From: Candidatus Binatia bacterium
GTDB lineage: Bacteria; Desulfobacterota; Binatia; HRBIN30
Reading direction: 5' to 3'
NCBI GenBank assembly: GCA_038245295.1
Contig: JBBRSP010000009.1
Coordinates: 96,001-160,000 of the forward strand
Length of the DNA stretch: 64,000 nucleotides
Part shown: one piece after another, positions 9,580 through 20,153 of the stretch
Numbering within the stretch: the first letter of the stretch is position 1
Layout of the letters: every line of letters starts with the position of its first letter
Program-made: the position numbers and the translations under genes
Notes under the pieces: model-generated
What the model saw: only the letters and a program-made list of their open reading frames with translations
What the model was told of the DNA's origin: nothing
Database searches by the model: none

Positions 9580-11388
9580 ATGACCATCTCAACCATCAGT
9601 CGGCCTCTCCTGATTCTGCGCTATACGCTCATTATCGCAACTGCGTATCTGCTCCTGGTCGAGCGCGCCTTCACCCTACCGAGCCAGGACAGCGTCGTTC
9701 TCATCGCCACGGCTCTGGCTTCAAACATCCTCATCGGGCGATTGCCTCCACGCGTGACCAACGCGGCCTTTTTTGGTGTCGCGATCGTAGTCGGCGACAC
9801 TCTGTGGATCACCATCGCCTTGCTGCGCAGTGGCCAATTCGACCCCGAATTCTTCTTCCTCTACTTTTTCATCCTGCTCTTGGCAGCCATCGGCGAAAGT
9901 CTGCGCCTGATCGTCCTCGGCGCCGTCGTCGTGTGCTTCGCGTATACCTACTTGCTGTTTGCCAACGGCAGCACCTTATCGCTGTGGCGGTCCCCGTCGT
10001 TGATCCGCATCCCGTTTCTCTTCGCCGTAGCCGCGTTCTACGGCTACCTGGTCGAGCGCACTCGCGCCGAGCGGCGACGGGCAGACATCGGGGAAGAACA
10101 GCGTCAGCGTGCGGAAGGCGCTCTACAGGCCAAGACCGAGCAGCTGCAAGCTGAAGCTGCCGTCTCCGCGGCATTGGCGCGAATCGGTCGTGAGCTCATT
10201 TCCTCGATGGATACACCCGTACTGCTCGAGCGTCTCTGCCAACTCACGGCCGAGGAGCTCGGCAGCGACTGCAGCCAAACCTTGTTGTGGCGACCGGACG
10301 AGGAAGTGTACGCACCGGTCGCCGCCTTTGGACTCACAGTAGAAGAGCGTGAATTGGTCCAGGTGTTCAAGCTTCCGCGCACCCGCCTCGGCAGCCTGCT
10401 GATGCGTCTGCGAGAGGAGGACGTTGTTGAGTGCGGGAGCGAATCGGTCGACCTCATGCCTTCCGAGTGGCAGCGTGAGCCACGCGTGACCATGCAGGTT
10501 TTCATGGCGTTACGGCGCGGCCAGGAGATTATTGGGGTGCAGATCGCCAGCTGGCACACGCCGTGGCAACCGCTCTCGACGACACAACGGCGGATCGCCG
10601 GAGGTCTCGCACATCTCACGTCCATGGCCCTGGCAAACGTCCAATTAATCGAGGAATTGGAGGGCGCCAATCGTCTCAAGTCGGACTTCGTTGCCTCGAT
10701 GTCCCACGAGCTGCGTTCACCGTTGAACCAGATCATCGGCTACAACGATCTGCTGGTCGAAGGCGAGTTCGGTCCACTTCTCGACGAACAGCTCGGCCCG
10801 CTCCGACGCATGGGACGATGTTCGCGCGATCTACTCGATCTCATTCAGGCCACCCTCGACCTGAGTCGGCTCGAGTCCAGGCGAGTGCCGCTGACGGTGC
10901 AAGAAGTGCAGATGGCGGCGCTGATGCACGAATTGGGCTGCGAGGCACAAGCGTGGTTGGTTAAGCCGGGCGTAAGCTTTGACTGGCAGGTGACACCGGA
11001 TCAGTGGTCGTTGCACACCGATCCGGTAAAGCTGAAGATGATCCTCAAGAATTTGATTGGTAACGCCATCAAGTTTACGGAGCGCGGCAGCGTCAGCGTC
11101 GCCGCGCAGCGGTTCAACGATGGCGCCGAGATCCGCGTCTCCGACACCGGAATCGGCATCGCCGCCGAAGCTCAGAAGATCGTCTTCGAACCGTTTAGAC
11201 AAGCCGACCGCAGTGTCGGCCCGACCTATGGCGGCGTCGGATTGGGCCTCTATATCGTTCACCAGTTGCTCGACTTGCTCGGCGGAACGATCAGCGTTGT
11301 CAGCGAGGTGGGCCGTGGTTCGACCTTCCGCGTCTGGGTGCCTACGGACATCCGCCAGGTGAACGGCCAAATCATCGTCGATGCGTGA
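9580..11388 (+). CDS. Membrane sensor histidine kinase (TM helices, GAF-like, HisKA, HATPase)
   Basis: SMSHELRSPL H-box, NLIGNAIKFT N-box, DTGIGI and GVGLGL G-boxes. Confidence 0.9.
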   Translation: MTISTISRPLLILRYTLIIATAYLLLVERAFTLPSQDSVVLIATALASNILIGRLPPRVTNAAFFGVAIVVGDTLWITIALLRSGQFDPEFFFLYFFILLLAAIGESLRLIVLGAVVVCFAYTYLLFANGSTLSLWRSPSLIRIPFLFAVAAFYGYLVERTRAERRRADIGEEQRQRAEGALQAKTEQLQAEAAVSAALARIGRELISSMDTPVLLERLCQLTAEELGSDCSQTLLWRPDEEVYAPVAAFGLTVEERELVQVFKLPRTRLGSLLMRLREEDVVECGSESVDLMPSEWQREPRVTMQVFMALRRGQEIIGVQIASWHTPWQPLSTTQRRIAGGLAHLTSMALANVQLIEELEGANRLKSDFVASMSHELRSPLNQIIGYNDLLVEGEFGPLLDEQLGPLRRMGRCSRDLLDLIQATLDLSRLESRRVPLTVQEVQMAALMHELGCEAQAWLVKPGVSFDWQVTPDQWSLHTDPVKLKMILKNLIGNAIKFTERGSVSVAAQRFNDGAEIRVSDTGIGIAAEAQKIVFEPFRQADRSVGPTYGGVGLGLYIVHQLLDLLGGTISVVSEVGRGSTFRVWVPTDIRQVNGQIIVDA

Positions 11389-11448
11389 CCCCAAATCGAA
11401 AATGCACCTGGAAGCTTCCCCGTTCCTATGCAAATACAGGGCGGCCAA

Positions 11449-11521
11449 GCCCGCGTAGCTCAATTGGCAGAGCACCGGTTTTGTAAACCGGGGGTTGCTG
11501 GTTCGATTCCGGTCGCGGGCT
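11449..11521 (+). tRNA. tRNA-Thr (anticodon UGU); CCA not encoded
   Basis: Acceptor GCCCGCG/CGCGGGC, D-arm TAGCTCAATTGGCAGAGC, anticodon arm CCGGT-TTTGTAA-ACCGG, T-loop GGTTCGATTCC. Confidence 0.96.
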
Positions 11522-11707
11522 TACCTTCTTTCAAGGATCGATACGGTGCGCATCGCCCGGAGTCATCCCCTAGTGTCTCAATTTGAAATCCACGCCCGCC
11601 GATGGTCTCAAATCGGAGCGCGCCAGCCGCCGTCGATCCTGCAAAATTCCGGCGCCACTCTGGCCGCGCGACTCCCACTAGGGCAGAATGCCGGCGAGGT
11701 GAGCGAC

Positions 11708-12946
11708 ATGGAAGCTGAAGCGCATCGGCAGATCACCCGACGACAATTCGTGCAGGCTGCTGCCGGTTCTGTAGTCGCCCTTGGCCTGAGCGGCCGGAGC
11801 ACTCACGCCGCATCTACCGCCGAAACCCCACCTGCCATTGCGTGGAAATATACGGATGCGGCGGCGCCAGTCGCGCTCGCTGGGGTGGCACGCGGCTCGG
11901 GCGACGAGGCGACCATTCAAGCGGTGCGCACCGCCGCACTTGCAGCCACAGATTTCTCCTGGCTCAGTCGCGGCGACACCGTGCTCATCAAACCTGTATG
12001 CAACTCGGGCAACGACTATCCGGCAACCACGGATCCTGTGGCGCTGCGCGCTATGATCGGCCTGCTGCGCGAGCGCGGCGCCGGCCATGTGATCGTCGCG
12101 GATATGTCCGGCGTTCAGTTCCTCCGCTTTTCCCCCGACAGCCTCACCGGCAGCACCCGCGAGTTGATGGCACGCAACGGTATGCTGCGATCGATCGAAG
12201 CGGCCGGCGGCGAGTTGCACGCGTTCGAGGAACACGGCTGGGACAGTTTCTACGACGAAATGCCGGCGGCTGGCGGCCACTGGGTGAGCCCGCTGCTGAT
12301 GCCGAACATCCTCAAGCAGGTCGATCACGTCGTCTTGATGCCGCGCTGCGCGCGCCACCTGTTGGCGGGCAGCACTCTCGGCATGAAAGCGGCGGTCGGC
12401 TGGTGGCGTCACGATTCGCGTCTCGAGTATCACCACGACGCCTCGACGCTGGCGCAGAAGACCGCCGACGCGAACACCGTGCCGTCGCTGACGAACAAAC
12501 TACGACTGGTTCTTACGAGCGCTACCAAGGTTCTCACAACCTTTGGCCCCGACCAGGGCTACGTGGCGGCGCCGTCGACCGGGCTGGTGATTGCCAGCCC
12601 GTCGCTGCTGGCCCACGACATGACCTCGCTCGCTTGGCTACTCGACAATCGTGCCTCAACTCCGACCGATCAGCGCGATAGCGCCTTCGAGGATCCGAAT
12701 ACGTCTCCGACCATGGTCAATCTCGCCAATCGTGTCGTCGTCAAATTCCTCGGCGGCTGGCGCAAAGCGCTCAGCGCGGAAACCCTGACGCGTTATGACC
12801 ATGGCAGTATCTGGGATGACCGTGTACTGCGACGCGCCTTCGAAAACCACGGCGGCGTGCTGCGGCTCGATTTCGTACACGCCGACCCTTCGGTGCCGCC
12901 CGAAATCCGACAACGCCTGTCCGCCGACGTCGCGCTGCCAGCATAA
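11708..12946 (+). CDS. Tat-exported DUF362-domain protein
   Basis: TRRQFV twin-arginine signal; GDTVLIKP, PATTDP, H..AGSTLGMK DUF362-like motifs. Confidence 0.75.
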   Translation: MEAEAHRQITRRQFVQAAAGSVVALGLSGRSTHAASTAETPPAIAWKYTDAAAPVALAGVARGSGDEATIQAVRTAALAATDFSWLSRGDTVLIKPVCNSGNDYPATTDPVALRAMIGLLRERGAGHVIVADMSGVQFLRFSPDSLTGSTRELMARNGMLRSIEAAGGELHAFEEHGWDSFYDEMPAAGGHWVSPLLMPNILKQVDHVVLMPRCARHLLAGSTLGMKAAVGWWRHDSRLEYHHDASTLAQKTADANTVPSLTNKLRLVLTSATKVLTTFGPDQGYVAAPSTGLVIASPSLLAHDMTSLAWLLDNRASTPTDQRDSAFEDPNTSPTMVNLANRVVVKFLGGWRKALSAETLTRYDHGSIWDDRVLRRAFENHGGVLRLDFVHADPSVPPEIRQRLSADVALPA

Positions 12947-13106
12947 GCGGCTCCGTCCTCCTCAACGACTTCGATCATTTAGGGTGGGGTGTGCTCGGGG
13001 AACCTTTGCAAAACGTTCGGCCGATCCGGCCACGCGAATTGTAGATTCTTCTTCGATATCCCCAATGGCGGGTTGCGCTATTCCGAAAACACGTAGCGTC
13101 GGCGTG

Positions 13107-13460
13107 ATGGCACAATTTCCGCATTACTCTGCCGCCATGAGCAATCTCGGCGTAGAGCAGATCCTGTCGACGGCAGTCATGCCGGCACAATTCCAACAAC
13201 AATCGCGACCGATGACCTCGGAGCGGCGCCTCGTGATGGCCGTGTTGTACCAAGCGATCCATGACCTGCGCACGTTCTGGCGACCGAACGGGCCGAAGAA
13301 TCATCAGCGCCTGTATCGCGAGGCCTTGCGGTGGGTCGTCTCCAACGATCGCTCGTGGGAGTTTTCATTCCTCAACGTGTGCGACGTGCTGGATTTATCA
13401 GTCGACATGTTAAGGGCAGAGCTCTTCGGCGAGAATGCCAAGATGCGCCGCGCCGCGTAG
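13107..13460 (+). CDS. Conserved hypothetical protein
   Basis: ERRLVMAVLYQAIHDL...EALRWV.S.DRSWEFSFLNVCDVLDL looks like a recurring small protein family; start uncertain (13107 or 13137). Confidence 0.65.
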   Translation: MAQFPHYSAAMSNLGVEQILSTAVMPAQFQQQSRPMTSERRLVMAVLYQAIHDLRTFWRPNGPKNHQRLYREALRWVVSNDRSWEFSFLNVCDVLDLSVDMLRAELFGENAKMRRAA

Positions 13461-13521
13461 CTCCTCCGGCCCACGACGAAGCGGCGGGCACTGCCCGGCA
13501 TAATAGATGCTGAATCCGCCT

Positions 13522-14265
13522 CTACGAGAGGCCGGCCCGGACGTATTCGCGGTTCAAGCGGGCGATAAATCCGACGCTGATCTGTTTCGGGCACACCGCT
13601 TCACATTCGAAGGTGTTGGTGCACGACCCGAAGCCTTCCTCATCCATCTGGCCCACCATATTGCGGGCGCGCTCGGCGCGCTCCGGTTGCCCCTGCGGCA
13701 ACAGCGACATATGCGACACCTTGGCCGCCACAAACAACATCGCCGAAGCGTTCTTGCAGGCCGCAACACACGCGCCGCAGCCGATACAGGCGGCGGCATC
13801 CATCGCTAATTCCTGATCCACCTTGGCAATCGGCACGGCGTTCGCGTCCGGCGCGCCACCGGCATTCACCGAGACAAAACCACCCGACTGAATGATGCGG
13901 TCGAAGGCGCTGCGATCGACAACCAGATCGCGGACGATCGGAAAGGCTTTGGCGCGGAACGGCTCAACGGTGATCTTCGCCCCATCCTTGAACGCCCGCA
14001 TGTAAAGCTGGCAGGTTGCTTTGCCTTTGCCCGGACCGTGGGCGATGCCGTCGACCACCAACGAGCAGGTGCCGCAGATACCTTCGCGACAATCACTCTC
14101 AAAGGCTACCGGCTCCTGCCCTTTGCTCACCAGATCGCGGTTGAGCAGATCGAGCATTTCGAGAAAGGACATCTCAGGGACAACATTGTCGAGCTGATAA
14201 TCGACGAGTTGGCCTGCACTCGATGCGTTCTTCTGGCGCCAGACGCGCAGGGTGACTCGCATCAT
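13522..14265 (-). CDS. sdhB: Succinate dehydrogenase/fumarate reductase iron-sulfur subunit
   Basis: [32 protein letters not shown] clusters; ATGA overlap with the sdhA stop. Confidence 0.95.
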   Translation of the reverse strand: MMRVTLRVWRQKNASSAGQLVDYQLDNVVPEMSFLEMLDLLNRDLVSKGQEPVAFESDCREGICGTCSLVVDGIAHGPGKGKATCQLYMRAFKDGAKITVEPFRAKAFPIVRDLVVDRSAFDRIIQSGGFVSVNAGGAPDANAVPIAKVDQELAMDAAACIGCGACVAACKNASAMLFVAAKVSHMSLLPQGQPERAERARNMVGQMDEEGFGSCTNTFECEAVCPKQISVGFIARLNREYVRAGLS

Positions 14266-16175
14266 TTGTAGCTCCTTGTCGCCAGGTGCACGGCTTCGAA
14301 TTCAAGCGGCTCGACATTGCGAATCGGCTTGCCGTTGGCGCCGCCGTATTCCCAGGCCGCCACGTGGCAGAAGTTCTCGTCGTCGCGTTGGGCCTCGCCC
14401 TCGTCGGTTTGGAACTCCTCGCGGAAGTGGCCGCCACATGATTCGCGCCGCTCCAACGCGTCGAGACACAGCAACTCGCCGAACTCGAGGAAATCGGCGA
14501 CACGGCCGGCCCGTTCGATCGCCGTGTTGTACTCCTCGTTGGCGCCGGTGATGCTGGCCTCTTTCCAGAAACTCGCGCGCAACTGCGGGATCAGCGTCAG
14601 AGCCTTCTTCAGGCCTTCGTCCGTCCGCGCCATGCCGCAGTATTCCCACATCACCTTGCCAAGCTCGCGATGGAAATCGTCGGTCGAACGCTTGCCTTTG
14701 ATGTTCAGCATACGCTGCACCTGACCGCGCGTATCGGCTTCGGCTTGCGCAAACTCGGCCGCGTCGGTCCCGACCTTGGCCGGCTTGCAGCGCGCGATGT
14801 AGTCACCGACCGTGTAGGGGATGACGAAGTACCCGTCCGCAAGGCCCTGCATGAGGGCGCTGGCGCCGAGACGATTGGCGCCATGATCCGAGAAATTCGC
14901 TTCGCCAAGCACGAACAGGCCCGGGATGTTGCTCATCAGATTGTAGTCGACCCACAAGCCGCCCATCGTATAATGCACCGCCGGGTAGATGCGCATCGGC
15001 GCCTGGTATGGGTTCTCCGCCGTGATCTCGTGGTACATGTCGAACAGGTTGCCGTAACGCTCGCGCACAACCGCTTCGCCCAGACGTTTGGTGGCTTCGG
15101 CGAAGTCGAGGTAGACGCCCTTGCCGCCCGGGCCGATGCCGCGCCCCTCGTCACAGACCTGCTTGGCGGCGCGCGACGAAATGTCACGCGGCGCCAGGTT
15201 GCCGAAACTCGGATACTTGCGCTCGAGGTAGTAGTCGCGATCGTCTTCGGAAATCTGATCCGGCGGGCGATTGTCGCCCTTCTTCTTCGGAACCCAGACG
15301 CGCCCGTCGTTGCGCAGCGATTCCGACATGAGAGTCAGCTTCGACTGATGCTCGCCCGACACCGGAATACAGGTCGGGTGAATCTGCGTGTAACACGGAT
15401 TGGCGAACGCAGCGCCGCGTTTGTAGGCGCGGTAGGTAGCCGTCACGTTCGAACCGACGGCGTTGGTCGACAGGTAAAAGACGTTGCTGTAGCCGCCGGT
15501 GGCGAGGATGACGGCGTCGCCGACGTGGCGCTGGATCTCGCCGGTCACCAGGTCGCGCGTGATGATGCCGCGCGCCTGGCCGTTGACGAGAACCAGATCG
15601 AGCATCTCGGTGCGCGGGTACATCTTCACCCGACCAAGACCGATCTGGCGGCTCAGCGACGAGTAGGCGCCGAGCAGCAACTGCTGGCCCGTCTGCCCGC
15701 GCGCATAGAACGTGCGCGATACTTGCGCGCCGCCGAACGAGCGGTTGGCAAGCTGGCCGCCGTATTCGCGCGCGAACGGTACACCCTGCGCGACACACTG
15801 ATCGATGATGTTGGCCGACAATTGCGCCAGCCGGTAGACATTCGCTTCACGGGCGCGGAAGTCGCCGCCCTTGATGGTGTCGTAAAAGAGACGCCAGACA
15901 CTGTCGCCATCGTTCTGGTAGTTCTTGGCGGCGTTGATGCCGCCCTGCGCGGCGATCGAGTGAGCCCGGCGCGGGCTATCTTGAAAGCAAAAGGCCGAAA
16001 CCTGGTAACCCAGCTCCGCCAATGTTGCAGCGGCAGCGCCGCCGGCGAGCCCGGTGCCGACCACCAGGATGTGGTGCTTACGCTTGTTGGCCGGATTGAC
16101 CAGGGCGATGTTGTTCTTGTGGTGATCCCACTTCTTTTCGAGCGGTCCGTCGGGAATTTGCGCGTTGAGTTCCAT
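14262..16175 (-). CDS. sdhA: Succinate dehydrogenase/fumarate reductase flavoprotein subunit
   Basis: [16 protein letters not shown] covalent-FAD His, [26 protein letters not shown]. Confidence 0.96.
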   Translation of the reverse strand: MELNAQIPDGPLEKKWDHHKNNIALVNPANKRKHHILVVGTGLAGGAAAATLAELGYQVSAFCFQDSPRRAHSIAAQGGINAAKNYQNDGDSVWRLFYDTIKGGDFRAREANVYRLAQLSANIIDQCVAQGVPFAREYGGQLANRSFGGAQVSRTFYARGQTGQQLLLGAYSSLSRQIGLGRVKMYPRTEMLDLVLVNGQARGIITRDLVTGEIQRHVGDAVILATGGYSNVFYLSTNAVGSNVTATYRAYKRGAAFANPCYTQIHPTCIPVSGEHQSKLTLMSESLRNDGRVWVPKKKGDNRPPDQISEDDRDYYLERKYPSFGNLAPRDISSRAAKQVCDEGRGIGPGGKGVYLDFAEATKRLGEAVVRERYGNLFDMYHEITAENPYQAPMRIYPAVHYTMGGLWVDYNLMSNIPGLFVLGEANFSDHGANRLGASALMQGLADGYFVIPYTVGDYIARCKPAKVGTDAAEFAQAEADTRGQVQRMLNIKGKRSTDDFHRELGKVMWEYCGMARTDEGLKKALTLIPQLRASFWKEASITGANEEYNTAIERAGRVADFLEFGELLCLDALERRESCGGHFREEFQTDEGEAQRDDENFCHVAAWEYGGANGKPIRNVEPLEFEAVHLATRSYK

Positions 16176-16177
16176 GA

Positions 16178-16873
16178 TCAGTGCCCCACCACCGGATAAG
16201 GAAGCAGCCCCGCCAGGATGGCCAGCGGGATCGAGCAGTTTCCGATGAAGATGATGGCGCTGTAGACCGGGCCGGCAGCGCGGAAGATGTGGTTGTACTT
16301 CGGCGAGTTGGCGCCAAGAGTCTGGAAGAAGCTCGAGACGCCGTGCTGCAGGTGCAACATCAAGGCGCCCATGGCGGCGATGTAGAGCGCCACCACCAGA
16401 GGCTGACGAAACCCCAGGACCAACATCGCATAGACGTCGTGCCGTCCCTGCGCGTCATGCAGGGCGAAGTGCTCCGGATGCGTAAAGCCAAGCGTGAAGT
16501 GCGCCAGATGATAGAGAACGAAGAACAACAGGAAGAAGCCGCCGTAGATCATCGTGCGCGACGAGTAACGCGACACCTGTGGGGTATGCACGGCATACTT
16601 CACCGGCCGCGCCGCGTTGTTCAGCTGCGTCAGGCGCACCGCCGCGACTGCGTGGGTCACGAAGACGGTCAGTAGCCCAATCCGCATGATCCACAGGAGA
16701 GCCCCGAGGTGTTGCAGGTTGTCGGCGTAGTGATTGATGGCTTCCGGCCCCAGAAACACCTGCAGGTTGCCGGCCATGTGTGCCAAGACGAATAACGACA
16801 ACAACACGCCGGAGATCGCCATCAGCCACTTCATGCCGATGGAGGAGTTCAGAGTCTTGCGCAGCCAACCCAT
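16178..16873 (-). CDS. sdhC: Succinate dehydrogenase cytochrome b subunit (single five-helix anchor)
   Basis: [21 protein letters not shown], heme-ligand His residues, position upstream of sdhA. Confidence 0.92.
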   Translation of the reverse strand: MGWLRKTLNSSIGMKWLMAISGVLLSLFVLAHMAGNLQVFLGPEAINHYADNLQHLGALLWIMRIGLLTVFVTHAVAAVRLTQLNNAARPVKYAVHTPQVSRYSSRTMIYGGFFLLFFVLYHLAHFTLGFTHPEHFALHDAQGRHDVYAMLVLGFRQPLVVALYIAAMGALMLHLQHGVSSFFQTLGANSPKYNHIFRAAGPVYSAIIFIGNCSIPLAILAGLLPYPVVGH

Positions 16874-17136
16874 GGTGCGATGCCATCCCTCCCAGGGCGC
16901 GCGCTTCGCGCGAACACCCTCAGCCGACCGAGTACTCAACGTCGTTTCTGTCGCAGAGTCGATCCAGCTTCAGTTACTGCTTTGAATACGTATCAAACAC
17001 CCCTCTACGATCAACGAATCAGCAGCGACAATCTTTTCATGGTGGGATTAGACCGGCTCGCGCCGCGCCTTTGCTCCGCCATGGGCAACGGTGCTACACA
17101 CGCCGCGTGTTGCGATATTGGGCGCCCGGGGACGAT

Positions 17137-18360
17137 GTGATTCGTAGGTTGGCGGCGGTTGCCGCGGCGCTTGTTTTGTCGTTCGTCATCGCGGCGCGTG
17201 CTTCGGCCGACTCGCTGGTCTTCGAGCCGGTACAGGATGCGTTCATTGCCGAGAGTGGTCCGAATCTCAGCCACAACGCCAACGTTCTGGTGGTCGGCGC
17301 GGACGAAGCCAATCTGGCCTTCGAGTCGCTGATGCGCTTCGACCTGACGTCGATCCCGGCCGGCGTAATCATCCAGAGTGCCGGCCTGGAGCTGTATCAG
17401 CTGAGCTCGAGCGGTGTCACCGTCGATGTACGTATGCCGCGCATCGACTCGGCGTGGAACGAGGTCGCGGTCACCTGGAACACCCGCCCCTTCGTGCGCG
17501 GCGAACAAGGCGCCACCACCAGCGTCGGCACGGCGACTGGCGTTTACTACGCCTGGGACGTTGCCGAAGCCGTGCGTGGCTGGGTCGAACAACCAAGCTT
17601 CAATTTCGGACTGGCGGTGATCAGCAACGGCCGGACCGCACAGCGCAACACCTTCGGCAGCGCCGAGGCGGTTGCCGGTCGGCGGCCACGCCTGACCGTC
17701 ACCTTTGCCTTCCCAACCTTGACGCCAACCCTGTCGCCGACATTGTCGCCAAGCCGCACCATGTCACCGACGACGACGTTGTCACCGACACGTACGCCGA
17801 CGCTGACACCGACCCTGACCCGTACGCGTACCGGTTCGCCAACCCGCACCGGCACCAAGACCGGCACGCCGACCTGGACACAAGTGCCGACTCGCACCGG
17901 CAGCCCGACGCGCACCGGAACGGTGACGACAACGCCAACGATTTCTTTGACGGCAACCGCCTCGCGCACCGCCACCATCACACCCACCGCTCCACCGAGT
18001 GCGACACCAACCAAACGTGCCACAGCCACCAACGCTCCGAGCACAACAGCCAGCCCGACGGCGACCAGCGTCAGGAGTGCCACGGCAACGTCCACCGTGA
18101 CAGCAAGCGCCACGGCGACACACCCGGATCCGACGACCAGCGCCACCGTCACCCAGACAACAACACCGCTGCCGCCGGCGTGTCCGGGCGACTGTCGCGG
18201 CGATGGTGCCGTCACCGTCGACGAGCTCGTCAGCCTGGTGAACATCGCCCTCGGCAACTTGCCGATCAGCATCTGCGACAATGCGGATGTCGATCACAAC
18301 GGCGAGATTACCATCGAAGAGATCGTCGGAGCCGTGAACCGCGCCCTCAGCGGTTGCTAG
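17137..18360 (+). CDS. Secreted DNRLRE/CBM96-like domain protein with PT linker and C-terminal dockerin-like domain
   Basis: GTG start and signal peptide; DAFI, LMRFDL, W.E..VTWNTRP, WDV..AV..W, RPRL.V; C-terminal CPGDC.GDG.VTVDEL...ADVDHNGEITIEEI...SGC. Confidence 0.75.
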   Translation: MIRRLAAVAAALVLSFVIAARASADSLVFEPVQDAFIAESGPNLSHNANVLVVGADEANLAFESLMRFDLTSIPAGVIIQSAGLELYQLSSSGVTVDVRMPRIDSAWNEVAVTWNTRPFVRGEQGATTSVGTATGVYYAWDVAEAVRGWVEQPSFNFGLAVISNGRTAQRNTFGSAEAVAGRRPRLTVTFAFPTLTPTLSPTLSPSRTMSPTTTLSPTRTPTLTPTLTRTRTGSPTRTGTKTGTPTWTQVPTRTGSPTRTGTVTTTPTISLTATASRTATITPTAPPSATPTKRATATNAPSTTASPTATSVRSATATSTVTASATATHPDPTTSATVTQTTTPLPPACPGDCRGDGAVTVDELVSLVNIALGNLPISICDNADVDHNGEITIEEIVGAVNRALSGC

Positions 18361-18396
18361 CCGACCATTTTGCCACGACTCGACCCACAGGCGGCG

Positions 18397-19698
18397 ATGC
18401 CCTCACCTCTCGTACATTCTTGGCACGTGGTTCAGCGCGTCGCCCAGATGACGGCGGCCGGCACACTCACGGCAGCCGTTCTGGTGCGCGAGCGCATCCG
18501 CCTGCGCGGCGAGGAAGGCGCCTGGCTGCGCGCCCTCGGCCGCGCCCTGGTGCGTGGCAGCACACGCCTCGGCGCGACATTCATCAAGGTTGGCCAGATC
18601 GCTTCGACACGCGCCGACTTGTTACCGCGGCCGTTGGTACAGGAGCTGACACGCCTGCAAGATCAAGTTCCCGCCTTTCCGTTCGCGGCGGTGCGCCAGA
18701 TCATCGAGGCCGATTTCGGCCGACCACTGGAGCAGATCTTCCGTGAATTCGACCCAACTCCAGTTGCCGCGGCGTCGGTGGCGCAAGTGCACCGTGCGGT
18801 GCTCGCTGGCGGCGAGGTGGTAGCGGTCAAGGTGCGCCGGCCGGACATCCTGGAGAAGGTTCAGCTCGATCGCGCCATCCTTCTATCGATGGCACGCCTG
18901 CTCGAACGCCTGGTGCCGTCGTTGCAGCTGGTGTCGCTGGAAGCCGCCATGCTCAACTTCTGCTCGGCTGTCGAGCAACAGATCCACCTCGCCAATGAGG
19001 CGGCGCATAACGTGCGTTTCACCGCCAACTTCGCCAACGATCCGGAGATCCACTTTCCGCGGCTGTATCCCGACTATTGCTCCGACGCTGTGCTCACGAT
19101 GGAGTTCATCGATGGTGTGCGCGAAGCCGACATCGAGAGCGCCGGTCTCGACTCGAAGCAGATCGTTCGCGCCGGCATGCGCTGCGTCTGCCGCATGATC
19201 TTCTCACACGGTTTCGTGCACTCCGATCTGCACGCCGGCAACATGCGCTTTCTACCACCCGGCGAGGTCGTGCTTCTCGACCTCGGTCTGGTCGGCGAGC
19301 TCACCGACACGGATCGCGTCATGACCGCACGCACACTGTTCGCCTTCGCCACCGGTGATGGGACAACGGTCGCGCGGTTGTTCTACGAGAACGCACCGCA
19401 CAAACAGGTTCCCGACTACGCGGAGTACGAGATTGAGATGAGCGCGCTGGTGGAAGAAATGCGCGGCAAGAACATGGCCACGACACAGGTCACGATGGAT
19501 GTCGGACGGATCTTCGATCTGCTGCGCCGGCACCGCATCCAAGCACGTGGGCATATGACGATGATCAACCTGGCGTTGATGACCGCTGAAGGCTTGGGGA
19601 AACGACTCGACCCAAACCTGTCTCTGGTCGACGAAGCGTTGCCGTTCCTGGCGGAGGGTATAGGAATTGCGACGGCGTCAGGACAGAGCGCCGCGTAA
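18397..19698 (+). CDS. ABC1/AarF/UbiB-family atypical kinase
   Basis: LGATFIKVGQ..STR.DL, AAASVAQVH, VAVKV, HSDLHAGN, LDLGLVG. Confidence 0.9.
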   Translation: MPSPLVHSWHVVQRVAQMTAAGTLTAAVLVRERIRLRGEEGAWLRALGRALVRGSTRLGATFIKVGQIASTRADLLPRPLVQELTRLQDQVPAFPFAAVRQIIEADFGRPLEQIFREFDPTPVAAASVAQVHRAVLAGGEVVAVKVRRPDILEKVQLDRAILLSMARLLERLVPSLQLVSLEAAMLNFCSAVEQQIHLANEAAHNVRFTANFANDPEIHFPRLYPDYCSDAVLTMEFIDGVREADIESAGLDSKQIVRAGMRCVCRMIFSHGFVHSDLHAGNMRFLPPGEVVLLDLGLVGELTDTDRVMTARTLFAFATGDGTTVARLFYENAPHKQVPDYAEYEIEMSALVEEMRGKNMATTQVTMDVGRIFDLLRRHRIQARGHMTMINLALMTAEGLGKRLDPNLSLVDEALPFLAEGIGIATASGQSAA

Positions 19699-20088
19699 CG
19701 CCGACGCGAGCTCCTGAAGTCGCGCCGGCTCACCAGGGCGGCGAGCATGCAAGACCAACGGTTCGCCATGGGCGCGAGGCATCAAGTGCATGTGGTAGTG
19801 GAAAACAGTTTGGCCGGCCGCGGCCCCGTTCAGTTGAAACACCATGAGGCCGTCCGGGTGGAGAACCTGCTCTATCGCATGAGCGACACGTTTGGCCGTC
19901 GCCGCCACCGGTTGCAGGGCCTCCGGTGTGGCTTCGAAGATGTTGGTAAAGTGCTGGCGCGTAACAACCAGCGTGTGCCCATCGGTGACCGGGAAGATAT
20001 CCATGAAGGCCAACGTCTGCTCGTCTTCGTACACCATTGCCGCCGTTGCTGCCGCGGCGGCGATCTTGCAAAAGATGCAGTCGGTCAT
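19678..20088 (-). CDS. HIT-family nucleotide hydrolase
   Basis: CIFCKI, AFMDI.P...GH.LV, AGQTVFHYHMH histidine triad. Confidence 0.93.
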   Translation of the reverse strand: MTDCIFCKIAAAAATAAMVYEDEQTLAFMDIFPVTDGHTLVVTRQHFTNIFEATPEALQPVAATAKRVAHAIEQVLHPDGLMVFQLNGAAAGQTVFHYHMHLMPRAHGEPLVLHARRPGEPARLQELASALRGALS

Positions 20089-20153
20089 GGTGCGGTCGTC
20101 TATCGAGTGCTGTTCGCAAAGTCGATACGCCGACATCGTTGGAATCCAGACCT

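Noticed and set aside
11449..11521. tRNA-Thr as an island integration site
   Set aside because: No integrase and no duplicated tRNA 3' end seen in the window.
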